Assembly (NCBI RefSeq): GCF_964213995.1
Contig: NC_135822.1
Coordinates: 60,202,001-60,266,000, forward strand
Direction: 5' to 3'
Source: Mustelus asterias
Lineage: Eukaryota
DNA length: 64,000 bases
Below, one piece after another: positions 26,401-38,625 of this stretch. The notes beneath the pieces are model-generated. The model was not told the DNA's origin. It searched no databases and was given only the letters and a program-made list of their open reading frames with translations. The position numbers were made by a program, and so were the translations under genes. Numbering within the stretch: position 1 is the stretch's first letter; each line of letters starts with the position of its first letter.

Positions 26401-26776
26401 TTTGGACCCCAAGTATTGATCAGTAACTTGCTTTGGAAACAGTTGTTGAGAGAATTAATAATAACTGTCGTGGTTATAATTGGAGCTCGTGATTACTTGA
26501 AGTGAATGTTTGCCTCAGGTTCATTGGCCATGTTCAGGATTGCAGAGCAATTTGAGACTGTGCTTCCTCTTGCACAAAGTAATGCAATGATGTATTCTAA
26601 ATGTAATAATGGGGCTTGGATTCTAGGCAAGTGCAAATCTAGAAATAACTTTTCAAAATGTGTTTCTTTCCATTGCAGGTTATGGTGGTATGGGAGGAGG
26701 TGGATATTCCAACAATCCAAATCAGAATATGGGAATGGGAAACTTGGACACAAGCATGGCTGGATGGAGAATGTAA
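14332..26776 (+). CDS. hnRNP H/F-family RNA-binding protein (HNRNPH1/H3-like, three qRRMs plus Gly/Tyr-rich regions), complete, 461 aa
   Basis: Eleven phase-consistent GT-AG coding exons: 14332-14410, 15673-15828, 16579-16722, 19869-20007, 22122-22312, 22738-22836, 23088-23209, 23646-23781, 25233-25346, 26267-26374, 26679-26776 (1386 nt). qRRM motifs [38 protein letters not shown]; PY-NLS-like RPGPY; ends AGWRM*. Confidence 0.95.
15673..15828 (+). CDS. hnRNP H-like coding exon 2 (156 nt, qRRM1)
   Basis: [29 protein letters not shown]...MGHRYIE; ttttag| and |gtaaga. Confidence 0.95.
16579..16722 (+). CDS. hnRNP H-like coding exon 3 (144 nt)
   Basis: [14 protein letters not shown]...[23 protein letters not shown]; ttcacag| and |gtacct. 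Confidence 0.95.
19869..20007 (+). CDS. hnRNP H-like coding exon 4 (139 nt, homolog of the autoregulated HNRNPH1 exon)
   Basis: [47 protein letters not shown]; flanks cttgggttgaag| and |gtggggatgg. Confidence 0.97.
22122..22312 (+). CDS. hnRNP H-like coding exon 5 (191 nt, PY-NLS region)
   Basis: [37 protein letters not shown]...; tttag| and |gtaaga. Confidence 0.93.
22395..22550 (-). mobile_element. HE1 SINE 3' fragment
   Basis: catagaacccctacagtgcagaag... Confidence 0.75.
22738..22836 (+). CDS. hnRNP H-like coding exon 6 (99 nt, GYR-rich)
   Basis: [32 protein letters not shown]; ctcctag| and |gtagga. Confidence 0.9.
23088..23209 (+). CDS. hnRNP H-like coding exon 7 (122 nt, start of qRRM3)
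   Basis: [13 protein letters not shown]...[20 protein letters not shown]|gtaagt. Confidence 0.92.
23646..23781 (+). CDS. hnRNP H-like coding exon 8 (136 nt)
   Basis: [45 protein letters not shown]|gtgagt. Confidence 0.95.
23828..24050 (-). mobile_element. CR1/HER1-like LINE 3' fragment (same subfamily as 37817 and 42493)
   Basis: aagaacaaagaaaattacagcacaggaacaggcc shared with 42493-42812. Confidence 0.8.
25233..25346 (+). CDS. hnRNP H-like coding exon 9 (114 nt)
   Basis: [21 protein letters not shown]...; ttttttag| and CAG|gtgatt. Confidence 0.9.
25695..26005 (-). mobile_element. older CR1 LINE 3' fragment
   Basis: Similar to 7560-7830 (ccaccctctgtgtgaagaag, cctaccctgggaaaaag). Confidence 0.7.
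26267..26374 (+). CDS. hnRNP H-like coding exon 10 (108 nt, G/Y/N/M-rich)
   Basis: [35 protein letters not shown]|gtaagt. Confidence 0.88.
26679..26776 (+). CDS. hnRNP H-like last coding exon, ending in TAA
   Basis: cattgcag|GT TAT GGT GGT ATG ... GGA TGG AGA ATG TAA. Confidence 0.88.
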
Positions 26777-27242
26777 ACTAATGTTATGTTGATGATCAGG
26801 CCATGAGCCGGAAGCTTCAGAACCCAAACTCTGCCACAATTTCATAATGGATGACCAATGCAGCAGCATTGCTGTTTGTTTTTTCTTCAAAACCAAAAGC
26901 AGTAATATTTTTACTAATAGAGCTACTTCGCAATTCTTTTTTATTTTTTTACATGTTTTGGTGTAAACATATAGAACGCCCATGTTGCCCAGACTTTGGG
27001 TAACTGTTTGAAGCTTCAGGTATTAGATCTGATGGGAAAGGAAAAATTGTTTTGATAATTTTGGACTTGTGTGAATGTGGCAAATCAAAGTAAACATCTA
27101 GTGCAAAGCCTCCTTTTGATGAATTCTTACATTTTATTATTTTAACTAAACTAAATCTAACTTTAGATCACCTTTAAAATATTCTCAGATGAACAAGTTG
27201 TGTGATTGTGAATGCTATTTTCTACTTTGGTGGTACCATTTA

Positions 27243-27248
27243 AATAAA
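27243..27248 (+). terminator. candidate proximal poly(A) signal of the hnRNP H-like gene
   Basis: AATAAA ~470 nt after the stop codon. Confidence 0.45.
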
Positions 27249-27961
27249 AAAAAGTGGGGAAGGGTTTAACTTGGTATTCTTTCTACCGTATTTACCAGAA
27301 ACTACAGGGCCACCAATGAATGTCCACACTTCATCCAATTTAAGGTTGTGTTGTCACATGTAGAAATGTGCGGTTATGGGCATCTGTTAGAACATCTTTT
27401 AGTTTTGTTTTTTTTTTTTTGTCCCATTTGTTTGCTCATGAGACCACTGCTGCAAATACTGTTCCGATTTCTTTCATGTTTTAGCTGTCCTTTAGTTGTT
27501 TTTCCCTATTGCACCCTCTGCCCACTCATAACAGCTGATGGGAATTTTCTCAGTTGGGTTGAAATGGTACATCTTATTTTGACTGGCTGGAATGCTTTAA
27601 CAGATAAAAGCCAAGAAGCAGCTGTTAGGCTATTAGTGGGTTGAGCTGTCAGTTCTCCAGAAATTTGGCATTGGAAATCCCGGTGAACATGTTTTTCTTC
27701 AGCAGTTACTATGTTGATTTTTTACGTCTGTCTGGTTCACATGGTTTTTAACCTTGATTCTTAATACTTTGACTGTTAGCAATGTAGTTTTAAAAATGAG
27801 AAGTGTATCTTTGTACCTTTCTAAAAGGTGCTTTTTGGTTACCATGCTTTGTTCAGTGGGACATATTGACTTTGACACTTAGTTGAATATGCTTCTGAAA
27901 CCTGTACATTTTTTCAACATCTGAAAGAGATGACTTACTGTACATTTCTAATGGTGAATAT

Positions 27962-27967
27962 AATAAA
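27962..27967 (+). terminator. candidate distal poly(A) signal of the hnRNP H-like gene
   Basis: AATAAA with upstream TGTA elements and a GT-rich downstream stretch, at the end of an apparently repeat-free T-rich 3'UTR. Confidence 0.55.
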
Positions 27968-28789
27968 GTGTAATTTCAGAAATATGTTAATAGGGTGAGA
28001 TTTGTTCAGGGCTTCAAAGGGAAGGTTGCTCAAGTGGTCTCCAGTCAATCCTTGTGTGTGTGAGTGGGGCCAGTTGCTTTGTATATTTGAATGTGTTTTA
28101 GGGCAGGATAACAAACTTAAGTGGCAGGCAACGGTAACATTAGAAGCACAACATGGTTGGAATTTTGAATGCATTACCTGAAGTAGTGATGGCTACAGAT
28201 GTACTGATAGTATTCAAAGGGGAGTTGGGCATAAACATGGGAGGAAAATGGGGGAGGTGGGGAGAGCAGAGGAGTGGGTTGAATTATCTCTGGAGCTGTG
28301 CTATTCTTGGAGGACAGCGTACAGAGCTTTTTTTTCCCCCAGCTATAAAGAGTGACAAAATCTGGTATCAGTAACATAATAGAGCTTGAGCTCCCGACTG
28401 AGCCCGAAATATTGGGCTTTATCTTGAGTGCAGAAAGTATATACCTCTGGATTGCAACCTTTCTCCATTATAGAATCCAAGTTTTAAAAGGTCCAAGCGC
28501 GAACTGGTTTTCTTTTCTGGTCATGTGCACCAAGTAACCAGATTGACGTGCTTCAAAGCTAGAAGGAATTGCAATTACTCTGCCTGGAGATCCTCAATTT
28601 TGCCCTTACAGGACCACACAACGTTGAATCAGAGATGATTTCAGATCTTTGTGCCAACCTTTGTTTTGATCAATATCATACTTTGAGCCAGTGCTCACAA
28701 ATTGGAATTCAGTAACATCGTGATCAATCCTACAGCACAAGAGATTGAAAGCAAAACTGAACACCAAGCATGCTATGTATTTTCATTAC

Positions 28790-31700
28790 ATATGAATATA
28801 GGAAGCAGAAATAGGCTGTTTGGCCCTGCTGGACTGCCTGCCATTCAATGAGATTATATGGCTGATTCGTTTTGAATTCCACATTGCCATCTACTCCCAG
28901 TAATCTTTGATACCCTTGCCTATCAAGAATCATTCTACCTTTGCTTAAATGTGCAATTACCCTGTTTCCACCACCAACTGAAGAAAAACTTCTCACCTGC
29001 TGTAATGGTGATCCATCCCTAATTTTAAAGTAAAAGGTCTCGCAACACCAGGTATAAGTCCAACCGGTTTATTTGGAATCACAAGCTTTCGGAGCACTGC
29101 TTCATCAGGTGAGTTTTACTACTATGCCCACCCACAGTCCAATGCTGACATCTTCACATCATGCCTAATTTTTAAAATCAGTGCCTCTTAGTTCTGGACT
29201 TGCCATTAGGAGAAATACCCTTACCCTGTCCACCTTTTGAAGATCGAATCATAGAAGCTCCTGAAAAAGCTACCCAGAGAGTCCTATTCTCCAGCCCTAA
29301 CTCCATCACCCTTTGAATTCATCACTTTCAGATACGTATCCAGTTCTCTTGAAACCTCCAATGGATTTTGCCTCTTCCACTCTCCAAGGCAGCACATTCC
29401 AAATCCCAACAATTGAGGAAATAAGTTTCTCCTCATCTCACTCCTAGCTCTCTTGCTGACCGTCTTGAAATTGTGGACTCCCCCCCCCCCCCCCCCCAGT
29501 CACTGACATACCAACTAATAGGTACAGAATATCTATCCGCCCCCCTGTCAAAATTGTTTACAATTTTGAGCACCTCATTAAGGTAATCTCTGCTCCAACG
29601 GGAAAAATCCCAATTTCTTTTTTCCTAACGTCTAATCCCTCATTCCTGGAACCATTCTTGTAAACCTTTGCACTCTTGTGCTTTTGCATCCTCCCTTAGA
29701 TAAGCTGCCAGAACTGACCACAGTAGTACAAATGTGGTCTGACCAATGATTTGCAGAGATGTCGCACCACTTCCTTGCTTTTATACTCATGCCTCGTTTA
29801 GGCCTTCAACAGTTTTGACTTGCCTGGGCAGCTTCAGGGAACTATGCACTTGAACCTTGAGGTCCAAATATACAACATCCACAGCACTCATCACTGTCAC
29901 CTCATCAAATAATTCAGTTAAATTTGTTAAGACATGATTTGTCCTTGACAAAGCCATATTGACTGTATTAACACTATTTAATCTCTGATCTCCATCAGTT
30001 TTCCCACTCACTATTGATGTCAAGCTGATAAGTCTAATTTTCCTGTGTCATCCTTTGCCCTTTGTTAAACAATCATATCACATTTGCAATTCACTCAGAA
30101 CTAATCCTGAGTTCAGAAGCCTGGAGAAGTTCTGTAAGCAATTTGCCCCCTTACCTCTCTGGGCAATCTAAGATGCATCCCATCCAAGTGTGGTGACTTC
30201 ACCCACATTTTCAACTGGGCCATCATCACCATCTTCTAATTTGGTTAAGACAACCAAAGTAATTTTGTACTTCTGCCATGCCATCTGTTTCACTGAGCAA
30301 TTTACCCTGCTTGTTCCTTGTGGCCCCACACCATCTTTCACTGATCTTTTACCTTGTGTTTGAGACTATTTGTTTTAACAGCCTGCCATCCTTTCTTCAT
30401 GCTTCCTCTTTGCTTTCCTTAGTCTAGCTTTGAGATACTCTTCCAGATTTCTATTGCTGTTATTCTGGCATGCATCATAAGTCTTGTTCTTAGTCATCCA
30501 GGGTACTTGGGTTTGGATACCCCACATTTATTTCTCTTGCGTGTATCTCTTGCATCCTATTCATCTCATTTGAAAGGCTCCAATCAATAGGCTCCAGTTC
30601 AATTTTTATACCCCTAAAATTTGCCCTTTTCCAGCCTGGGATCTTGATCCATGACTGGTTATTATCTCTTTCCAAATTAATTTTGAACCTTATGAAGATA
30701 ATTCATGATCTGGTATGCTTCTGAAGTCATGCCTCACTCGTTGCTCCAGTGGAAACCAGCCTAACATTTTCTGTTCATTCAAGTATCTGTTTAATAAACC
30801 AGCTCCGCTCTGTCTCCCAACTATTTGCATCCTTCCTTCAATAAGGAGACCAAATCTGTGCACAGTATTGGACATTCGATCTCACCAATGTTCTGATTAA
30901 CTGAAGCATAACATCAAACATCCATTCCTCTTGTAATAACGGACAGTAATCTATTAGCCCTTTTAACTGTGTTATACCTGCATACTATATTAATGCAGTA
31001 GAACACCTAGAACCCTCCACACCTCAATCCTGCAGCTATTCATTTAAGTAATTGCCTTTTTATGCTTTTTGCGAAGATGAACATCTTCACGCTTTCCCAC
31101 ATTATACTCCATTTGTGGATTTTTGCCCAGTCAACCTATCTACCAATGCCACCGCCATATGCTTTCACAAGTACTTTTGTCCCTCTATTTGCAAATTTAG
31201 CTACCATGTCTTTGCATCAAAGTCATTTTTGAAAATTGTAGAAGGTTGAGGCCCCAGCACATCACATCTGAAAAAGGCCCATTAGTGCATGCTCTTTTCT
31301 ACCAGCCAGCCAATCTTCTGTCCTAATATGTTGGCTTCTACATCATGCGCTTTTATTTTCTGAAATAACCTTTTGTGGCAACTTATTACATGCATTCTGT
31401 AAATCTCAAGTATGGTATGTCTCCAGGCTCTCCTTTATCCACAGTACATACTCCTTGAAGGAACTCTTTAAATTAGTTAAATATTGATCCTTCCCAATTG
31501 CATTGATTTTTTCCAAGGGCACAGTTATAATCTTTTAATTGATTCTAACGTCTCCAGAACAGACATCAAGCTAACTGGACTATGGTTTTCTGTGTTTTTT
31601 GTCTCCTTCCCATGAACAGGGGGGTTATGTTTGCTACTTTCCAGCCTAATGGAACCTTTCAAAAGTCTAGGATTGTGGAAAATTATACCTCAGTGAAAAC

Positions 31701-32400
31701 AAACAGAATATTTCCTCCACCGTTTCCTTAATATCTAACTTGCTGATTACCAGCGATTACTGCAATGTTTTTATCCAGTGAAAATGGAAACCAAGTATTT
31801 TTCAGCCACCACTTCCTTAATATCTAATTCCCTGATTGAGTTATTCCTGGAATGTTGTATGTTCTAGTCAAGACAGAAGCGAGTATTTGTTTCGCCACAA
31901 TTTCCTTATTAATTTCCCATTCCCACTCTGGAGGATCAGTACTGTAAATGCCTATAGAAACTCTTGCGATCTCTTGCATTTCTATCTCCTCCAGCTAACC
32001 ATGGATGGTGAATTTTTCTTTATATGAATATAAAGAGCATTTTGAAATATCCTCAACTGTTTGTCTACTTGTCTATTGATTTAACTCCCAGCCTCATCCA
32101 AGTTCACTCCAGCTGGTTCTGCTTTCATGCCACATTGTTGCCTTTTAAGCTTAAAATACTAGTCATAGACCCATTCGTCTCCTTTTCAAACTGAATGGTA
32201 AAATTCAATTATTGTGCTACCTGGAGTGCCTTTAGTTGGAAGTCATTAATGCTGTCACATATGGGTATTTGGTATCACATATTTGGTATCAGGTCTAATA
32301 TAATGTTCTGTCTGGTTAGTTCCAGAATGTGCTGTTCTCAGGGTATGTGGAAAGCATTCTATGAGCTCTTCATTCTGGCTACTACTGCCAATCTTGTGTG
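28790..32400 (-). mobile_element. cluster of decayed CR1 LINE fragments
   Basis: Remnant peptides LTNLTELFDEVT...VDVVYLD and WKRANFRGIK; several CR1-like 3' ends. Confidence 0.6.
29030..29163. mobile_element. older copy of the same miniature Penelope-like family, degenerate hammerhead (29079-29112, minus)
   Basis: caacaccagg..agtccaac..gtttatttgg and tail cagtccaa..acatc..cacatcat; cctaatttt on both sides. Confidence 0.65.
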
Positions 32401-33329
32401 TATATACAAATATATAAGATGGAAGTCACTTATGATTATTGCTGTCCTTTTCTCAAGTTTTTTTTCTTGTATACTTGTTCTACACTGTGGTTCCTGTTAG
32501 GTAGTCTGTAGTATACTCCCACTATTTATTTCCACCCAAACTGATCAGGTACCCTGATCTTGAACCAAGATCATCTCTATTGCACAAATGCTCCCCCTCC
32601 ATCTTTTATCTGGCTTCCTATTCTTGAATGTTATATATCCTTATTCCGAATTCAATCGTTGTCCTGCAGCCATGTCTCTAATTTCTATCAGATCATACTT
32701 TAATGTGCACTACCAATTATGAATGCTATGTGCATTCAGAAGCATGGACTTTTTTTCCTCGGCTTTAGTTTTCTGCTCCTTCTTGCCATTCATTTACCTT
32801 CATTTCCATATTACTATTTTAGCCTCTGACCTTGTCTCTATCCTTTGATAGACCACATCATTGCACATTTGATCCCTTACCCCTACTATTTATTTTAAAA
32901 CCCTTTGCTTCCCTAGTTGTACTTTGCAAGAACACTCCTGGTTCACATGTAGACCATCCAAGTAACGTACAGCCCCCACTTTACCCAGTACTGGTGCCAC
33001 AAATCAGAACTGTTTATAAGCATAGTTGATACAAACTGAGGTGGTTACATTTGGTTTTCCCAGCTGTACCTCAGTAGGGTAATGATTTTAAAAGCAAAAT
33101 GCTGAAAATACTTAGCAAATCGGGCAACATCTGTTTTTTTTTTCATGAAAGATTACTGTTTGTATCAAAAAGCTTCACTAACAATGCAGTGTGTGGCTGC
33201 TTTGGAAATGTGGAATATTTATCCTGGTTCCAAAAAATTTAATGATCAGAGAAGGATTATTTGAAACAACAGGACGAATGCAAAACACAGATAATTGTAA
33301 TGATTTGTTCATTTACTCCTGCAGTGCAC

Positions 33330-33413
33330 CTTCAACCGATGCTAGACACTAGATACATCGATGACATTTTCTTCCTTTGGAGTCATGGTGAGCAATCACT
33401 GAAACAACTATAT
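33330..33413 (+). mobile_element. isolated snippet of a Penelope-like RT (RYIDDIFFLW)
   Basis: LQPMLDTRYIDDIFFLWSHGEQSLKQLY, flanked by a GTGCAC direct repeat. Confidence 0.6.
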
Positions 33414-33984
33414 GTGCACTCTTTAACCAGAGAAATCTTGTTAATTTTCTCCAATGTTTGACCATCTTCATCTATGGTATATCCCTCTCAAGAATCAAGA
33501 CTGAGCAAATGAGCAATTATTGGCTGATTTCTCTTTTTCAAATCTCACGCTTGAGTTTGCAAGTGAAAAATCACAACTGGTCTTGCAGAAACTACTCAAA
33601 AATGATCATGCTTTCCTATCAGTCTTCTCAACTTGTCCTACCACTACCACTGGTCTTAGATTGCACCTGTCTTGAGCTACCCTCAGCTTGCGTATGGTTG
33701 AAATGCACTATACAGATTTTGTTTTACACAGTCAAGTCTAGGTCCAAACCCATATACTCCAACCACACGACTCACTAATCCTCTTCATTCAATGAGCAAA
33801 GTATCAAATACCATTTGCCAAATACCAATTTACCATGCAGCAGTTACTTTTGGCCCAGATTCTTCTCTGGTCTGTACTTGCCAGGTTTATTTCCCCCCCC
33901 ACTCATGAGGTTGGAATATCTGTTGCCAGATGAGTAATCAGTTACTGCTTCTACCTCCAATGTGCTTCATGTTTATTCATGGAT

Positions 33985-34770
33985 TACAGGGCCCTATTCC
34001 AAAAATTGCAGATGAGACAAAACTGAAATGTAAGTGGGTGGGGCAGGGGACACGAATAGTGCCAACTTCAGGAAGATATCAACACGATGGTGGAATGGGT
34101 GGCTAATGACAATGAAATTTAATGCAGAAAAGCATGAAGTTATTCATTGCAACAAGAGGCAATATCAAATGCTACAAGTCTGCAAAGTGCAAGAGTGTGC
34201 ACAAATCATTGCTGGTGCTAAGTTGAAAAAGTAGTTAATAAGGCATCCAGAATCCTGAACATTACAAGAGTACCTAGATTACAAAAGGAAAGACTTAATA
34301 AATTATATATACTCTGGTTTGGGCTCAACTGGATTATGGTCTCGTTCTAGCATCACACCTTGAGGTAGATATGAAGTCATGAGCAGGCAAAAGGAAAAAT
34401 CATTCAAGTAGTGCCTCAGATGAAGGGTTTCAGTAACGTGGATGTGTTGGGAAATCTCTGGCACCTACTTGTCTTGAAAAGATTGAAGAGATTTGAGGTG
34501 TGCTCTATAACATAAGGTGTCTGCACTGAGCAGTTGGGGAGAAGCTTTCTCCTGGTGGAATGGTTGCGGGGACAAATTCGATCCAGTTTGCAAAAGAAGC
34601 AACAGCAACATAACGCAGCAAGTGTCTCAGATTTGTAATGTTCTGCCTGACAGTTGAGTAAGCAGAAATAATCGAGCTTTTCAGAACTGGATAGTTATCG
34701 GAAGACACAATGGACAAAAGAGGCAGGTGAGTGCAACGGGGTGGGTGAATTGCTCTTACAACCAGCTTAG
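33985..34770 (+). mobile_element. decayed CR1 LINE
   Basis: ttgcagatgagacaaaact (ADETK) and MKFNAEKHEVIH remnants. Confidence 0.6.
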
Positions 34771-35544
34771 ACACAATATTGCAACGAGGACACTGGTCTC
34801 AGCCCTGATGTCCTGAACAATTTGCCTTGCTGTCTTGTCCCAGTATGACATTTTAATCCTGATGTGGTAGAGGCTCTAATCTAATCTGTTATTTTACTTT
34901 TTTTTCTATTTTTGTATTTCACTTAATAAAATGTAACTCGACATGGTTCTTGGCCACGACCATTAAAAAAAAAGTAAACCTTTTAATTCAGTATTTGTAT
35001 ACTCAGTTTGTGGCACTGAAGATTTGCTTTTTAATTTGCCCCGCTCTTGAAACTGCAGGATCATCACCCTTGCCTTGTCACTCATTCTCACATAGACCAT
35101 GGCATATGACTGTTCGTCTTCCCCCTGACCGTGATGTCCTTTACCTGGGAGCAAATAGGCCAACCAGGACTCTTGTGAGTTAGTGGTTGTGGAATTACAG
35201 TCTGTCCCCAGACCACTGAATCGTTTACAGCCACTTGTGTTCCTATACTTCACTCTGCAGTCTTGATTCGCCATGATGCCATGTGCTCCTTTTAGGTGTT
35301 GTCAGCCTGTCTCATCTGGCCAGGTAACCACAGATGTGAAATACCTCTGTTCTCACATGGCAGTGGAGTTGCAGGCATTGGGTCTCCGTTGTCCATTCTA
35401 TTTAGTCTTTGTGATGCCTCAATAAGACATCGGGACCATTTTAAATTCCTATTAATGCATGTTCAGTTGGTTAATGATGAAATGAATTTTTAATTAGTTT
35501 TAATTTGAGGATGCATTATGTTCACACCATTGTAAAACAAGAAT

Positions 35545-36060
35545 ATCACAGCTTGGTATGGCTCCTGCTCTGCCCAAGACCGCAAGGAACTACAAGGGTC
35601 GTGAATGTAGCCCAATCCATCACGCAAACCAGCCTCCCATCCATTGACTCTGTCTACACTTCTCGCTGCCTCGGCAAAGCAGCCAGCAAAATTAAGGATC
35701 CCACGCACACCAGACATTCTCTCTTCCACCTTCTTGCTTCGGGAAAAATATACAAAAGTCTGAGGTCACGTCCCAACCGAACAGTCTGTAGTGCGCAAAG
35801 AACAATACTTTTCACTGTATGTTAATACGTGACAATAAATCAAATTAAATCAAATCAAAATCAAATCTTCCCTGCTGCCATCAGACTTTCAAATGGACCT
35901 ACCTCGTATTAAGTTGATCTTCCCCTCCACCCTAGCTATGACAGTAATTCTGCACTCTCTCCTTTCTTTCCCTATGTACGCTATGCTATGTCTGTATCGC
36001 GCACAAGATACAATACTTTTCACTGTATACCACGTCAAATCAAATCAAAATGTGACAAAT
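35545..36060 (+). mobile_element. Rex1/Babar-like LINE 3' fragment, tail-to-tail with the 36245 copy
   Basis: [37 protein letters not shown]; aatcaaatcaaa tails. Confidence 0.8.
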
Positions 36061-36244
36061 CAAATTTGCACAAGACTGATTTTGCATGAGATCACGTAAT
36101 TATTGTGATAATTCTTTCAACTTTTGAAGCACAAAGTATCTCGCTGTTAAATGGCAGCACGGACGAGGTTTAACACAGTTACAATGCATTACTATGGTAA
36201 ACAGCTAGTCGATTAGAAGAGGAAGTTGATTCAAGAAATATTCT

Positions 36245-37597
36245 TTGATTTGATTTATTGTCACACGTATTAACATACAGTGAAAAGTATTGTTTCTTGC
36301 GCGCAATACAAAACATACCGTTCGTAGAGAAGGAAACGAGAGAGTGCAGAATGTAGTGTTACAGTCATAGCTAGGGTGCAGAGAACGATCAACTTAATGC
36401 AAGGTAAGTCCATTCAATAGTCTGACAGCAGCAGGAAAGAAGCTGTTCTTGAGTCGGTTGGTATGTGACTTCAGACTTTTGTATCTTTTTCCCGAAGGAT
36501 GAAGGTGGAAGAGAGAATGTCCGGGGTGTGTGGGGTCCTTAATTATGCTGGCTGCTTTGCCGAGGCATCAGGAAGTGTAGACAGAGTCAATGGATGGGAG
36601 GCTGGTTTGTATGATGGATTGGGCTACATTCACGACCTTTTGTAGTTCCTTGCGGTCTTGGGCAGAGCAGGAGCCATTACCAAGCTGTGATACAACCAGA
36701 AAGAATGCTTTCTATGGTGCATCTGCAAATGTTGGTGTGGTGAGAGTGTAGCTGACATGCCAAATTTCCTTAGTCTTCTGAGAGAGGCGTTGGTGGGCTT
36801 TCTCAACTATAGTGTTGGCAAGAAGCTGTTTTTGAGTCGTTTGGTATGTGTCCTCAGACTTTTGTACCTTTTTCCTGACGGAAGAAGGTGGCAAAGAATA
36901 TGTTTGGAGTGTGTGGGGTCCTTGATTATACTGGCTGCTTTTCCCAGGCAGTGGGAAGTGTAGACAGTGCCAGTGGATGGGAAGCTGGTTTGAGTGATGG
37001 ACTGGGCTTTGTTCATGACCCTTTGTAGTTTCTTGCGGTCTTGGACAGAGCAGCAGCTGTTAAGCAACCAGAAAGAATGCTTTTTCTGGTGCATCTGTGG
37101 AAGTTGGTGAGAGTTGTAGTGGACATGCCAAATTTCCTTCGTCTCCTGAGGAAGTAGAGGTGTTGGTGGGCTTTGTTATTTATAGCGTTCCCATGGAGGG
37201 ACCGGGATAGGTTGTTGGTGATCTGGACACCTCACAACCTGAAATTCTCAACCATTTCTGCTTCGTCCCCATTGATGAAGACAGGGACATGCCCTCCACT
37301 ACGCTTCCTGAAGTCGATGACTATCCATCATTTTGTTGACATTGAGGGAGAGATAATTGTCGTCGCACCAGTTTACAAGATTCTCTATCCCTTTCCTGTA
37401 CTGCATATCATCATTGTTTGAGATCCGACCCACAACGGTGGTGTCATCAGCAAGCTTGAAAACCGAGTTGGAGGGGAATTTGGCCACACAGTCAAAGGTG
37501 TATAAGGAGTATAGTAAGGGGTTGAGAACACAGCCTTGCGGAGCACCGGTGTTGAAGATGATCGTGGAGGAGGTGTTGTTGCCTATCCTTGCTGACT
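36245..37597 (-). mobile_element. Rex1/Babar-like LINE 3' region with internal duplication
   Basis: [48 protein letters not shown]; (ATCAA)n tail. Confidence 0.8.
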
Positions 37598-37816
37598 GCA
37601 GTCAGTATTGCATCCTGCAGGTGGGAGTCTGATTCAATCAAGAATGTTTTAAGAATTAGTCCAAAGTTTCATTTTCGTCTCTGAATCATACTGCCAATGT
37701 AATGGGACGTTTTGGTCAAAGGTAAGTTTTGAGCACCACAAGGAAGGAGACAAGTCTTGGGTAGCAAATTAAGTAGGGAGTAAGGAGTCAAGTTGTTTGC
37801 TATAGTGATTTTGCAG

Positions 37817-38195
37817 CTTGCTAATAGAAGTCTACAAAATTATGAGGGGCATGGACAGAGTTGATAGTCAGAAGCTTTTCCCCAGATATGAAGAGTCAAT
37901 TAGCAGGTGGCATAGGTTTAAGGTGCGAGGGGCAAGATTTAAAGATGTAGGAGGCAACTCTTTTACCCAGAGGGTGGTGGGTGCCTGGAACTCCCTGCCG
38001 TGGAGGTAGTGGAAGCAGATACGACAGTGAGTTTTAAGGGGCGTCTTGACAAATACATGAATAGGATGGGAATAGAGGGATATGGTCCCCAGAAGGGTAG
38101 GGGGTTTTCGTTCAGTCGGGCAGCATGGTCGTTGCAGGCTTGAAGGGCCAGAGGGCCTGTTCCTGTGCTGTAATTTTCTTTGTTCTTTGTTCTTG
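37817..38195 (+). mobile_element. CR1/HER1-like LINE 3' fragment
   Basis: LIEVYKIMRGMDRVDSQKLFP...; tail ttctttgttctttgttc. Confidence 0.85.
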
Positions 38196-38285
38196 TCTAC
38201 TACATGAGCTCAGAATCAAATGTTATGTAATTTAATGCCAAAAGTTTAAATTAAGAAAAGCTTGTATTTATGTGGCATGGTTCAT

Positions 38286-38625
38286 GAATCATAGAAACCC
38301 TACAGTACAGAAAGAGGCCATTCGGCCCATCGAGTCTGCACCGACCACAATCCCACCCAGGCCCTAACCCCATATCCCTATATATTTTACCCACAAATCC
38401 CTCTAACCTACACATCTCAGGACACGAAGGGACAATTTAAGCATGGCCAATCAACCTAACCCGCACATCTTTGGAATGTGGGAGGAAACCGGAGCACCCG
38501 GGGGAAACCCACGCAGACACAAGGAGAATGTGCAAACTCCACACAGACATTGACCTAAGCTGGGAATCAAACCCAGGTCCCTGGAGCTGTGAAGCAGCAG
38601 TGCTAACCACTGTGCTACTGTGCCG
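38286..38625 (-). mobile_element. full-length HE1 SINE (HER1-type tail)
   Basis: tRNA head, V-domain and ttctatgattc tail on the minus strand. Confidence 0.88.
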
